A stretch of 64,000 bases of DNA. Source: Eubacteriales bacterium (GTDB lineage Bacteria; Bacillota; Clostridia; Oscillospirales; CAG-272). Location: positions 47,467-111,466 of the forward strand of contig JBGVPG010000024.1 of the NCBI GenBank assembly GCA_045126855.1, written 5' to 3'. The notes below the pieces were generated by a model. It was not told where the DNA came from. It saw only the letters and a list, made by a program, of their open reading frames with translations, and did not search any database. The position numbers and the translations under genes were made by a program. Below, piece by piece: positions 25,736 to 34,293 of the stretch. Within the stretch, counting starts at the first letter, position 1. Every line of letters starts with the position of its first letter.

Positions 25736-26412
25736 TATAGATTATTGATTTTTGACCAGTCGATAGTTGGTTCTCCTTTTGACGAAAGAAAGACGTTCGC
25801 TTTAACAAAATGCCCGCATCCAAAGAAGCCATTATATGCTGAAAGAGGGCTGGGGTGAGCACACTCAAGCACCAAGTGCCGTGAGTTTGTTATAAGTGAT
25901 TTCTTTGCTCTTGCATTTCCGCCCCAAAGCATAAAGACAACAGGACGATCCTTCTTGTTGATAATTTCAATGATCCTATCTGTAAGAATTTCCCATCCAC
26001 GTCCTTTGTGACTTTGCGGTGATGCCTCTCTGACCGTAAGAGTGGTGTTTAAAAGTAAAACTCCTTGCTTTGCCCAGCCAACAAGTTCTCCGCATTTAGG
26101 CTCGTCAATATCCAGTTCGTTTTTTAGTTCCTTGAAGATATTTTTAAGCGAAGGGGGAGGGGGAGTGCCCTCCTTTACAGAGAAGCATAAACCGTGAGCC
26201 TGACCGTAACCGTGATAAGGGTCTTGTCCCAATATAACAACACGGGTATCCTCGCAGGAGGTATATCTGAGTGCATTATAGATGTCGTTCATTGGAGGGT
26301 ATATCCTTCGTGAGAAGTATTCGCTTTTAAGAAATTCCCTTAAAGCGAGATAGTAATCCTTATTGAATTCATCTTTTAAAAGGTCATCCCAATCGTTTCC
26401 CAGAAATACCAT
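25735..26412 (-). CDS. ung: uracil-DNA glycosylase
   Basis: Contains VVILGQDPYHG and HPSPLSA. Confidence 0.95.
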   Translation of the reverse strand: MVFLGNDWDDLLKDEFNKDYYLALREFLKSEYFSRRIYPPMNDIYNALRYTSCEDTRVVILGQDPYHGYGQAHGLCFSVKEGTPPPPSLKNIFKELKNELDIDEPKCGELVGWAKQGVLLLNTTLTVREASPQSHKGRGWEILTDRIIEIINKKDRPVVFMLWGGNARAKKSLITNSRHLVLECAHPSPLSAYNGFFGCGHFVKANVFLSSKGEPTIDWSKINNL

Positions 26413-26493
26413 GGTTTTCTCCTGAATGTTTTTTTATATTTTAACACAGTTATGGTATGTAAGTCAATAGAAAATGCCCGAATAATCGGGCAT

Positions 26494-27438
26494 TCAATGA
26501 AATATTGTTTCTATAGTTTTGTTAGAACAATCAGGGGAGTATCTCCAGTAGTCAATATGTAAAACGTTTTCCGGATCAACGAAGTAATTAATTGTTCCGG
26601 GCTTTTGTGGTTCGTCGTCTGTATCTATAAGAATCAGCTTGATCTTCATTTTATCTGGAATAATGCTTTTGATGTATACCGCTGCCGTTTGACCGGGGTA
26701 AACGTCCTCCCGATATTCCGCAAGGCCTGCCAGGTTTGGTGCAAGCTCGATAAAGATTCCGTAGCTTTCCACACTCCTTACAATTCCCCTGACCGTTTGC
26801 CCCTCGGAGAACATTGCAGCGTTCTCCTCCCAGCTGCCGAGAAGCTCTCTCATGGAAAGGTAGATCCTACCCTTTGAATCAACCGTCTTTACGACGGCAT
26901 ATATTATGCTTCCGACTGTAAGTCTTGCCGATGGGTGTGAGATTCGTGAAACGGAAATTGCATCAATAGAGAGCAGGGAAATGCGTCCGCATCCAAGGTC
27001 AAGAAAGGCACCAAAACTTTCGAGGTGAGTGACCTTTGCACGGACAACGTCTCCCGGTAGGAGAGTTTTAATATAGTTTTCTATGCATTCAAGCTGCGCC
27101 AATCGGCGCGAAAGCATTGCAACGACTTCTCCCGTGGAACTTTCTTTAAAGCCCATAACCTTAAAGCAAACGGTTTTACCAACTCGAGTAAGTATGGCAA
27201 TATCCTTTGGTTGCTCGCCATCGGGTGAATACTCTACCTCGTAACGTGGAATTATACCGGATATTCCGTTGCCAAGCTCGACGTGCAGATTGAAATTGTG
27301 GTCACATAGAACCACCTGAGCTTCTAGAATGATTTGTTTTTCAAGAGCGAGCTCAAGGCCCGCTCTTGATGAGATGAAATCGTAATTTCTTGCCGTCCTT
27401 ATTAAAGATCCTTCGGGCATATAGTCGTTCATAGCCAC
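26494..27438 (-). CDS. S1 RNA-binding domain protein (multiple S1 repeats)
   Basis: 314 aa with repeated S1-like modules (G.V..V..FGAF..L, G.V..VE.YG.FIEL). A terminator lies at 26468-26494. Confidence 0.6.
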   Translation of the reverse strand: MAMNDYMPEGSLIRTARNYDFISSRAGLELALEKQIILEAQVVLCDHNFNLHVELGNGISGIIPRYEVEYSPDGEQPKDIAILTRVGKTVCFKVMGFKESSTGEVVAMLSRRLAQLECIENYIKTLLPGDVVRAKVTHLESFGAFLDLGCGRISLLSIDAISVSRISHPSARLTVGSIIYAVVKTVDSKGRIYLSMRELLGSWEENAAMFSEGQTVRGIVRSVESYGIFIELAPNLAGLAEYREDVYPGQTAAVYIKSIIPDKMKIKLILIDTDDEPQKPGTINYFVDPENVLHIDYWRYSPDCSNKTIETIFH

Positions 27439-27514
27439 TACCTTTCCTTAACTCTCTTTTAAGTATTCGATAGTTTAATCTATGCCCGAGATATCTTAAA
27501 TATTCCTCTCTTAG

Positions 27515-27874
27515 TCAGCCCTCCGTAGCACCGTTTAATCCAAAAGAGACCTCAATAGCGTTGTTAACATTTATCATTGTTGCATCGTCCAGGTGCCCCA
27601 TCTTCTCCTTGAGTCTTTTTTTGTCGATTGTACGGATCTGTTCAAGCAGTATGATGCTGTCTTTTGCAAGACCTGCATCCTCGCCGGGTACGTCAATGTG
27701 TGTCGGGAGCTTAGTTTTACTTATTCTTGACGTTATTGCCGCCGCAATTACGGTCGGACTGTATTTGTTTCCAACGTCATTTTGAACGATAAGAACCGGT
27801 CTGAGACCGCCTTGCTCGCTGCCGATTACTGGACTGAGATCTGCATAATATATATCACCGCGTTTTATGTTCAT
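27515..27874 (-). CDS. mazF: MazF/EndoA-family endoribonuclease toxin
   Basis: 119 aa. [36 protein letters not shown]...[13 protein letters not shown] is collinear with B. subtilis EndoA (NdoA). Confidence 0.85.
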   Translation of the reverse strand: MNIKRGDIYYADLSPVIGSEQGGLRPVLIVQNDVGNKYSPTVIAAAITSRISKTKLPTHIDVPGEDAGLAKDSIILLEQIRTIDKKRLKEKMGHLDDATMINVNNAIEVSFGLNGATEG

Positions 27875-28020
27875 TTAACCATCTTTCCCTTTGGGCTTTC
27901 TCCTTTTTATTCTTCACAGTTATTCTGTCATTTTTACCTTCGTTTTAAACACGTTATTTTTGAGAAAGTGCTTATTATCATTGTATGCTGTGTATTTTTT
28001 TGCGCTATTAATAAAACAAC

Positions 28021-28049
28021 TTGACAATTTAGATTTTTTATTATATAAT
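28021..28049 (+). promoter_or_regulatory. consensus sigma-A promoter of ppa (TTGACA-17-TATAAT)
   Basis: Reads TTGACAatttagattttttattaTATAAT, about 48 nt upstream of the ppa ATG. Confidence 0.6.
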
Positions 28050-28096
28050 TTAATCGTACTCAAGGATTATGTAATTATACAGAGGAGGTAAATATT

Positions 28097-28630
28097 ATGT
28101 CTAATATCTGGCATGACATATCCCCAAAAAGAATAACTCCAGAGGACTTCATCTGCGTTATTGAGGTTTCTAAGGGATCAAAGAAAAAGTACGAGCTTGA
28201 TAAGGAGACCGGCTATATTATTCTTGACAGAATACTTTATACCTCTACTCATTATCCCGCTAACTATGGCTTTATTCCCAGAACCTATGGCGATGACGGA
28301 GATCCGCTTGACGTACTTCTTATATGCAATCAGGCTCTTGAGCCTATGTCGCTTGTACGTGCTTATCCTATCGGCGTTATTTCAATGATAGACAATGGTA
28401 GGTTCGATGAGAAGATTATTGCCATTCCGTTCAATGACCCGAATTACAATCAGTATACCGGCATTGATCAGCTGCCCAAGCACATATTCGACGAGATGAC
28501 TCACTTCTTTAAGGTTTATAAGAACCTCGAAAACAAGGATACTGCAGTTGATGAGGTGCAGGGAAGATCTGAGGCCATAAGAATCATTTCCGAGGCGATT
28601 GATCATTATATCGAATCCTTCTGTAAATAA
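28097..28630 (+). CDS. ppa: family I inorganic pyrophosphatase
   Basis: Contains YPANYGFIP.T..DDGDPLDVL. Confidence 0.9.
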   Translation: MSNIWHDISPKRITPEDFICVIEVSKGSKKKYELDKETGYIILDRILYTSTHYPANYGFIPRTYGDDGDPLDVLLICNQALEPMSLVRAYPIGVISMIDNGRFDEKIIAIPFNDPNYNQYTGIDQLPKHIFDEMTHFFKVYKNLENKDTAVDEVQGRSEAIRIISEAIDHYIESFCK

Positions 28631-28670
28631 AATCAACGGAGCAAGCCGTATAGCTTGCTCCGTATCTTTT

Positions 28671-28889
28671 TTATGCGTGAGTATTCACGACCTCTTCGTC
28701 ACCCATAAACAGCATGGAAATGCTCCATATACCGGCAAGAGCTATAACTGTATATATAATTCTTGCCACTATAGCGGTTGCACCGCCGCAGATCCAAGCT
28801 ACCAGGTCGAAGGAGAAGAGTCCAACGAGACCCCAGTTCAGCGCGCCGACGATAATAAGTGCCAGCGCGATCTTGTTTACAATCATCAT
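28671..28889 (-). CDS. DUF378-family small membrane protein
   Basis: 72 aa with IALALIIVGALNWGLVGLF. Confidence 0.7.
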   Translation of the reverse strand: MMIVNKIALALIIVGALNWGLVGLFSFDLVAWICGGATAIVARIIYTVIALAGIWSISMLFMGDEEVVNTHA

Positions 28890-28986
28890 AAATATGACCG
28901 CACCTTTCTGAATATAGGACCGCCTCCGTGGTAAACGTCAGGATCCGTTTTTATTTTTCCACGAAGGCGGTGTTTTATTCATGAAT

Positions 28987-29688
28987 TTAGTCATCAAATG
29001 AAGGAATCGTATCACCAAAGGCATCCTTCAGCTTTTCCAGAGCTTTTTTCTCAATTCTTGAAACGTACGATCTTGATATTCCAAGATAGGCGGCTACGTC
29101 TTTTTGAGTCCTTGGCTGATATCCCTTTAATCCATAACGAAGAATAACGATCTCCTTTTCTCTTGGTAAAAGAACCTCATCAACAAGACCCCTTATTTTT
29201 TCGATATGAACCTTCATATCCAGATCACTCTCAATGGATTCGTTAACGCTTATGATATCAAGATAGGTAAGGGGATTGCCGTCCTTATCAACGTCTATCT
29301 GATCGTTAATAGAAATTTCCATTCCACGTTTTTTCTTACTGCGGAACATCATCAGGATCTCGTTTTGGATACATCTGGCGCCGTAAGTTGCAAATCTTGT
29401 TCCAAAACTTGGGTTAAAGGAGTCGACGGCTTTAATCAGCCCAAGACTCCCGACACTGAGCAGCTCGTCTGGATATTCATAGGATGAGTAGTATTTGCGG
29501 ATAATATGCGATACGAGGCGGAGATTGTGTTCAATGATTTTGTCTCTTGCTTTTTCGTCGCCTGCTGCCATTTTCTCAAACAGCATTGATTCCTCGTTTT
29601 TAGAAAGAGGCGGCGGAAAGCTTTGATTCTCCTCCAATCCAAGTATTAGTGAAATAAAGCGTAAAAACAGGCTTCCAAGCTTCAGCAT
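28987..29688 (-). CDS. sigK: sporulation sigma factor of the SigE/SigK family; pro-sequence and FPPPLS junction favour SigK
   Basis: 233 aa. It has a hydrophobic pro-peptide, then NQSFPPPLSKNEE and IEHNLRLVSHI. Region 4.2 is ISRSYVSRIEKKAL. The gene is uninterrupted, with no skin-like insert. Confidence 0.65.
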   Translation of the reverse strand: MLKLGSLFLRFISLILGLEENQSFPPPLSKNEESMLFEKMAAGDEKARDKIIEHNLRLVSHIIRKYYSSYEYPDELLSVGSLGLIKAVDSFNPSFGTRFATYGARCIQNEILMMFRSKKKRGMEISINDQIDVDKDGNPLTYLDIISVNESIESDLDMKVHIEKIRGLVDEVLLPREKEIVILRYGLKGYQPRTQKDVAAYLGISRSYVSRIEKKALEKLKDAFGDTIPSFDD

Positions 29689-29744
29689 AGCATCTCCTTT
29701 CGTTTTTTAAAACTATATGAGAGAAAGCCTGTCTAATTAACTGA

Positions 29745-30416
29745 TTATGAGAATAATTTATCGTACTCAGGGGTGATAATAACGTATCCACGGCGGGGAA
29801 CGAAAGTAAGCATTTTCCTGCCTATGGCGTTTTCAAGCTTTTTATTCATAAGTGATATGTGTGTTCGTATGCTTGTGGGCTCGGGTGCACGAGATTGTTT
29901 AAAGGCGTATTTGACGATTTCCTTGCAGGTTACAGGAACAGGATACTTTCTGATCATAAATCGGAGAATCATAGCTTCGGTCTTTGTTAAGGCCAGCTTG
30001 TCGTAGAAATAATTTACCCCAACGTTATTGCTTGAGGCGTCGAATCCGGCCAGAAAATATTCGCCAATGCGTGCACGATTATTTTCGTTGGCATATTTGA
30101 TTATGCTCTCAGCAATAAAAGGAGTGAACGTCGGTATAGCAAAGCAGGCGTCAAAAACGTCGGGATAATACGGTTTAGTATTATTTGAGGCAAGTGCAAA
30201 AATCGGAAGATCGCTCTTATAGGATTTAAGTCTATTAACGTAATCGATAACGTCGGGCATAGCATCGGGATTAATAATCAATGTGCCGCGATAAATATTT
30301 GAAATTTCAGACAATGCTTCGTGAGGTGTTGCTGCGTATGCGAGAATGCTCATATAATGGAAGGTATCCGCAACACTTTTAGCATCCTTTTTGTTTTGAC
30401 AAATTATTAATAGCAT
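29745..30416 (-). CDS. OmpR-type winged-helix regulator with an atypical (pseudo-)receiver domain
   Basis: The C-terminus LTKTEAMILRFM...IRTHISLMNKKL...VPRRGYVI matches Trans_reg_C. The N-terminal LLIICQNKKD lacks the usual acidic DD pair. The ORF is open to the TTG at 30422, and I prefer the ATG at 30416. Confidence 0.6.
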   Translation of the reverse strand: MLLIICQNKKDAKSVADTFHYMSILAYAATPHEALSEISNIYRGTLIINPDAMPDVIDYVNRLKSYKSDLPIFALASNNTKPYYPDVFDACFAIPTFTPFIAESIIKYANENNRARIGEYFLAGFDASSNNVGVNYFYDKLALTKTEAMILRFMIRKYPVPVTCKEIVKYAFKQSRAPEPTSIRTHISLMNKKLENAIGRKMLTFVPRRGYVIITPEYDKLFS

Positions 30417-30459
30417 AATCAATCTACCTTTCTATTATGATTATACAATGAAATAACCC

Positions 30460-30507
30460 TTCTGTCAAGGAAATCGACTTGACAGAAAGCGAAAATAGTT
30501 GTATAAT
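30460..30507 (+). promoter_or_regulatory. promoter (TTGACA-17-TATAAT) of the SDR gene overlapped by a perfect 10-bp inverted repeat
   Basis: TTCTGTCAAG(gaaatcga)CTTGACAGAA spans 30460-30487. The -35 box is at 30479-30484 and the -10 at 30502-30507. Confidence 0.55.
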
Positions 30508-30537
30508 AACGATATAAAAAAATTTTAAGGTGGTTTT

Positions 30538-31254
30538 ATGAGGACCGTATTAATTACCGGTGGCTCTCGCGGAATCGGCAGAGCAATGGTAGAAGCTTTT
30601 TCAAGGGAAGGATATAAGGTAGCCTTTACCTATAAAAAATCCGAAAACGAGGCAAAATGTTTGGCAGAATCCACAGGAGCTCTTGCTATCAAGGCGGACT
30701 CCGGTGTTGAAGCAGAGGTTCTTTCTGCTGTAGACACAGCCAGAGCTTTTCTCGGAGAAATTGATTGCCTTATTAATAATGCAGGAATTTCCTCCTTCTC
30801 GCTTTTCACAGATCTGACTCTTGCCGATTGGGAAAACTGTCTGAGAGTTAACCTTACGGGTGCGTTTCTTTATTCAAAAGCTGTTATTCCGCCCATGGTA
30901 TCAAGAAAAAATGGCACTATTATCAACATAAGCTCTATGTGGGGACTTGTTGGCTCTTCCTGTGAGGTTCATTATTCTACGGCAAAGGCTGCTCTTATTG
31001 GAATGACTAAGGCACTTGCAAAGGAGCTTGGCCCATCCGGTATAAGGGTAAATGCAATTGCCCCCGGAGTTATAGCTACAGATATGAATATGACGCTTTC
31101 TGAGGAGGCTATTACAGAGCTGACAGAGGAAACTCCTCTTATGAAGATCGGTGCTCCCGAGGACGTTGCAAACGCAGCTTTATTCCTTGCAAGTGATAAG
31201 GCAGGCTTCATTACGGGTGAGGTAATGAATATTAGTGGCGGTTTCGTTATTTAA
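30538..31254 (+). CDS. short-chain dehydrogenase/reductase, FabG-like
   Basis: Contains TGGSRGIG, NNAG and catalytic YSTAKAA. Confidence 0.8.
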   Translation: MRTVLITGGSRGIGRAMVEAFSREGYKVAFTYKKSENEAKCLAESTGALAIKADSGVEAEVLSAVDTARAFLGEIDCLINNAGISSFSLFTDLTLADWENCLRVNLTGAFLYSKAVIPPMVSRKNGTIINISSMWGLVGSSCEVHYSTAKAALIGMTKALAKELGPSGIRVNAIAPGVIATDMNMTLSEEAITELTEETPLMKIGAPEDVANAALFLASDKAGFITGEVMNISGGFVI

Positions 31255-31279
31255 TTATTTTATTTTTTCAAAAAAATAC

Positions 31280-31308
31280 TTGCTTTTTTTTATTTAATAT
31301 GATAAAAT
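31280..31308 (+). promoter_or_regulatory. SRP RNA promoter (TTGCTT-17-TGaTAAAAT)
   Basis: The -35 box is at 31280-31285 and the extended -10 at 31300-31308. Confidence 0.5.
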
Positions 31309-31330
31309 ATTAAAGTCGTTGAGAAACGAC

Positions 31331-31640
31331 GGGTCGGTGTGTCGGATGGAGCCATACCAGTCGGGGCAGTAGCGGTGCCTTGTACCTGAAATCCGCTATA
31401 GCAGGGATTAATTCCCGTCCCGAGGCTTGCCTTTGTGTAGACTGCGCCGTTATTCTCTGTGTTGAAGAATGGGTCTTGCGCAACGTGAGGCTGTGAACCA
31501 TGTCAGGTGGGGAACCAAGCAGCATTAAGCGGTTTATTGCGTGTGCCGCGAGGTCGCCTGTTCGGAGCAGAGGTGGCGGTTTCCGTATGTAAGGGTATTT
31601 TCGACGGATGGGTGTATGGCTCTGTCCGACACATCGATAT
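31331..31640 (+). ncRNA. ffs: signal recognition particle RNA, large Bacillus type (scRNA); ends are uncertain by about 15 nt
   Basis: The domain IV motif GTCAGGTGGGGAACCAAGCAGC lies at 31502-31523. The 5' GGTGTGTCGGATGGAGCCATACC pairs with the 3' GGGTGTATGGCTCTGTCCGACACATC. An Alu-like domain is present. The position upstream of dnaX matches B. subtilis. Confidence 0.85.
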
Positions 31641-31641
31641 T

Positions 31642-31685
31642 GCACGTGGGCGGCAGATATTATGCTGTCGCGTGCTTTTCTTTTA
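31642..31685 (+). terminator. SRP RNA terminator, immediately upstream of the dnaX RBS
   Basis: Hairpin GCACGtggGCGGCAG(atatta)tGCTGTCGCGTGC is followed by TTTTCTTTT. Confidence 0.65.
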
Positions 31686-31704
31686 TTATTTTGGAGGTGT
31701 GGCT

Positions 31705-33279
31705 GTGTCGGATTACAAAGCGTTGTATAGAAAATGGCGTCCCGTGGACTTTGATGACGTGTGCGGACAGGACGGAATTACAGATATTCTGAAATACGAA
31801 GTTGCAAATTCCAGACTTTCTCATGCATATCTTTTTTGCGGTTCCAGAGGAACGGGAAAAACCAGCTGCGCCAAGATACTTGCCAAGGCTGTAAACTGCG
31901 AAAATCCTAAGGACGGAAACCCGTGTAACTGCTGTGAAGCCTGCAGAAGCATTGATGCAGGTATTGCCACAGACGTAATTGAAATGGACGCCGCCAGCAA
32001 TAACGGTATTAACGACGTGCGTGATATGCAGGATGAGATCGCATTTACTCCTGCGCTCCTCAACTACAGAGTATACATCATTGATGAGGTTCATATGATG
32101 TCTCAGCAGGCCTTCAATGCATTGCTTAAAACACTGGAAGAGCCTCCTACGTACGTTATCTTTATCCTTGCTACAACCGAGCATCACAAGCTTCCTACCA
32201 CGATTGTATCCCGTTGTCAGCGTTTTGATTTCAAGCGCATTCCAACGGCTGTTATTATGGACAGGCTTCTCAGTATTGCAAAGTCTGAGGGTATTGAGTT
32301 AACCGATGATGCGGCAAGAGTTATTGCAAGAGTATCCAGAGGCGGTATGCGTGATGCAATCAGCCTTCTTGAGCTTTGTGCAGGAGCGAATTCACGAATT
32401 GACGAGGATCTTGTATTTGCTACGGTTGGTAGCGGTAACCGTGAGAGCAGCTTCAAGATAATTGAAGCCATCAGCACCTCGGATTATGAAACCGTTTATT
32501 CAATAGTTAACGATATTGTAATGAAAAGCGGAGACCTTTCGGTGTTCTGGCAGGAAATTATAGATTCCTACCGTGATATTATGATCGTTAAGAATAGCGA
32601 AAGAGCTAAGAGTTATCTTGATCTTACCGATGCAGAATATTCCTTGCTGTCGAAAATTGCCGAGAGCTATACCATGGCCCGTTTGTCCTATCATACCTCT
32701 ATGCTTGAGTCTGCTATGGCAGATATGCAGCGTGCAATTAATTCCAAGCGAGCTATCGCAGAGATTACTTTGACACGTATGTGCGATACGCGGCTTTCCG
32801 AGTCTAACGAGTCGCTTCTTTTAAGAATAGAGGCACTTGAGAAGACAGTTCGTATGATGTCTCTCGGAGTAACACCTACACATACGGTTGAGCAGCCTGC
32901 CGCAGAACCTAAGCAAATCGTTGAGAAAAAGGTGCAAAAGACAATTCCTGCCGATGCTCCGAAGGAAACAGAAAAACCAAGGTCGATTTCGATTTACGGA
33001 GAGTGGGGAACCGCTCTCAAGAAGATTGCCGAGCTTAAAAGATCTCTTTCTGCAGGATTTGCCGGTGCCTCTGTTTATACAGACGGAGCCAATAAATATA
33101 TCATTAAAATGAGCGGATTCTTCTGTGAAAAGCTTAAATCCAGCGAAACCGATCTCGCCATTATCAGAGGCGTTATTGCAGAAAACGAAGGAAAAAATGC
33201 GGCAGAGATCGAGCTTGTTATAGAAAACAAGGATAAGTCCAACGGTACTCCCTCGGATATCGAGGATATGTTTAAATAA
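31705..33279 (+). CDS. dnaX: DNA polymerase III subunit gamma/tau
   Basis: Contains YRKWRP..F..V.GQ, a Walker A motif GSRGTGKTS, and DEVHMMS. The GTG at 31705 lies 8 nt after GGAGG. The ORF extension back to 31507 overlaps the SRP RNA and was rejected. Confidence 0.9.
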   Translation: MSDYKALYRKWRPVDFDDVCGQDGITDILKYEVANSRLSHAYLFCGSRGTGKTSCAKILAKAVNCENPKDGNPCNCCEACRSIDAGIATDVIEMDAASNNGINDVRDMQDEIAFTPALLNYRVYIIDEVHMMSQQAFNALLKTLEEPPTYVIFILATTEHHKLPTTIVSRCQRFDFKRIPTAVIMDRLLSIAKSEGIELTDDAARVIARVSRGGMRDAISLLELCAGANSRIDEDLVFATVGSGNRESSFKIIEAISTSDYETVYSIVNDIVMKSGDLSVFWQEIIDSYRDIMIVKNSERAKSYLDLTDAEYSLLSKIAESYTMARLSYHTSMLESAMADMQRAINSKRAIAEITLTRMCDTRLSESNESLLLRIEALEKTVRMMSLGVTPTHTVEQPAAEPKQIVEKKVQKTIPADAPKETEKPRSISIYGEWGTALKKIAELKRSLSAGFAGASVYTDGANKYIIKMSGFFCEKLKSSETDLAIIRGVIAENEGKNAAEIELVIENKDKSNGTPSDIEDMFK

Positions 33280-33299
33280 TAATTTTGGAGGAAATATAA

Positions 33300-33650
33300 A
33301 TGAAAGTCAGATTACCCCAGGGAATGGGCGGTGGCCCTTCCAACATGCAGTCCATGCTTAAGCAGGCGCAGAAAATGCAGGAGGAAATGGCAGAGAAGCA
33401 GGCTGAGCTTGAAGCGCGTGAATACGACGTAGCTGCAGGCGGCGGCGTTGTCAACGTCAAGATCAACGGTAAGAAGGAGATCCTTTCTGTTAAAATTGAT
33501 CCGGAGGTCGTTGATCCCGATGATGTTGAGACTCTTGAGGATCTTATCGTTGCAGGTGTAAACGAGGCTATAAAGAAGGTTGAGGCGGTTTCCGCTGAGG
33601 AAATGCAGAAGATCACCGGCTCTATGAATCTTCCTGCAGGAATGTTCTGA
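33300..33650 (+). CDS. ybaB: nucleoid-associated protein YbaB/EbfC
   Basis: 116 aa with MLKQAQKMQEEM....L, in the conserved dnaX-ybaB-recR order. Confidence 0.9.
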   Translation: MKVRLPQGMGGGPSNMQSMLKQAQKMQEEMAEKQAELEAREYDVAAGGGVVNVKINGKKEILSVKIDPEVVDPDDVETLEDLIVAGVNEAIKKVEAVSAEEMQKITGSMNLPAGMF

Positions 33651-33651
33651 T

Positions 33652-34260
33652 ATGGCTGAGTATATTGCCCCTATTCAAAGACTTATAGAGGAGTTCAGGC
33701 GACTTCCTGGCGTTGGCAGTAAGACTGCGGCGAGATATGCCTTTGCAGTTCTTAATCTTACCGAGGACGAGGCAGCAGGCTTTGCTGATGCCATCAATGG
33801 CATCAAACGTGATGTTCACCGCTGTCCGGTTTGCTTTGGTCTTTCCACCTCTCCTGAGGCCTGCGATATTTGTGTCAGTGAAAGCCGTGATCACTCGGTT
33901 ATTTGTGTTGTCGAGCAGCCGAAGGACGTAATTGTTATGGAAAAGGTTCGCGGCTACCGCGGTAGCTATCACGTTCTAGGCGGTACTCTTTCTCCCATTG
34001 ATAACGTTACTCCCGATGATCTTACTATTGCAGAGCTTATAGCCCGTGTTGAGGGTGGCAATGTAGAGGAGATCATCATTGCAACAAACCCGACTCCCCA
34101 CGGAGATACTACGGCAGCATATCTTGCCAGAGTTCTGGAACCTTACGGCGTAAGCGTTTCAAGACTTGCATACGGTATACCTGTTGGCGGTGATATTGAG
34201 TATGCCGACGAGGTTACTCTTTACCGTGCTATGGAAGGTAGAAGATATTTCAATAATTGA
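33652..34260 (+). CDS. recR: recombination protein RecR
   Basis: Contains LPGVG.KTA.R, the zinc finger C..C....C.IC, and a Toprim domain. Confidence 0.95.
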   Translation: MAEYIAPIQRLIEEFRRLPGVGSKTAARYAFAVLNLTEDEAAGFADAINGIKRDVHRCPVCFGLSTSPEACDICVSESRDHSVICVVEQPKDVIVMEKVRGYRGSYHVLGGTLSPIDNVTPDDLTIAELIARVEGGNVEEIIIATNPTPHGDTTAAYLARVLEPYGVSVSRLAYGIPVGGDIEYADEVTLYRAMEGRRYFNN

Positions 34261-34263
34261 TTT

Positions 34264-34292
34264 TAAAGGACGAGTTTATACTCGTCCTTTTT
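34264..34292. terminator. bidirectional terminator between recR and spo0A
   Basis: Hairpin AAAGGACGAGT(ttat)ACTCGTCCTTT. Confidence 0.8.
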
Positions 34293-34293
34293 A

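Noticed and set aside
31310-31704. A minus-strand 111-aa ORF and the 5' extension of the dnaX ORF (from 31507).
   Set aside because: Both overlap the SRP RNA gene. dnaX homology begins at the GTG at 31705, which has a proper RBS.
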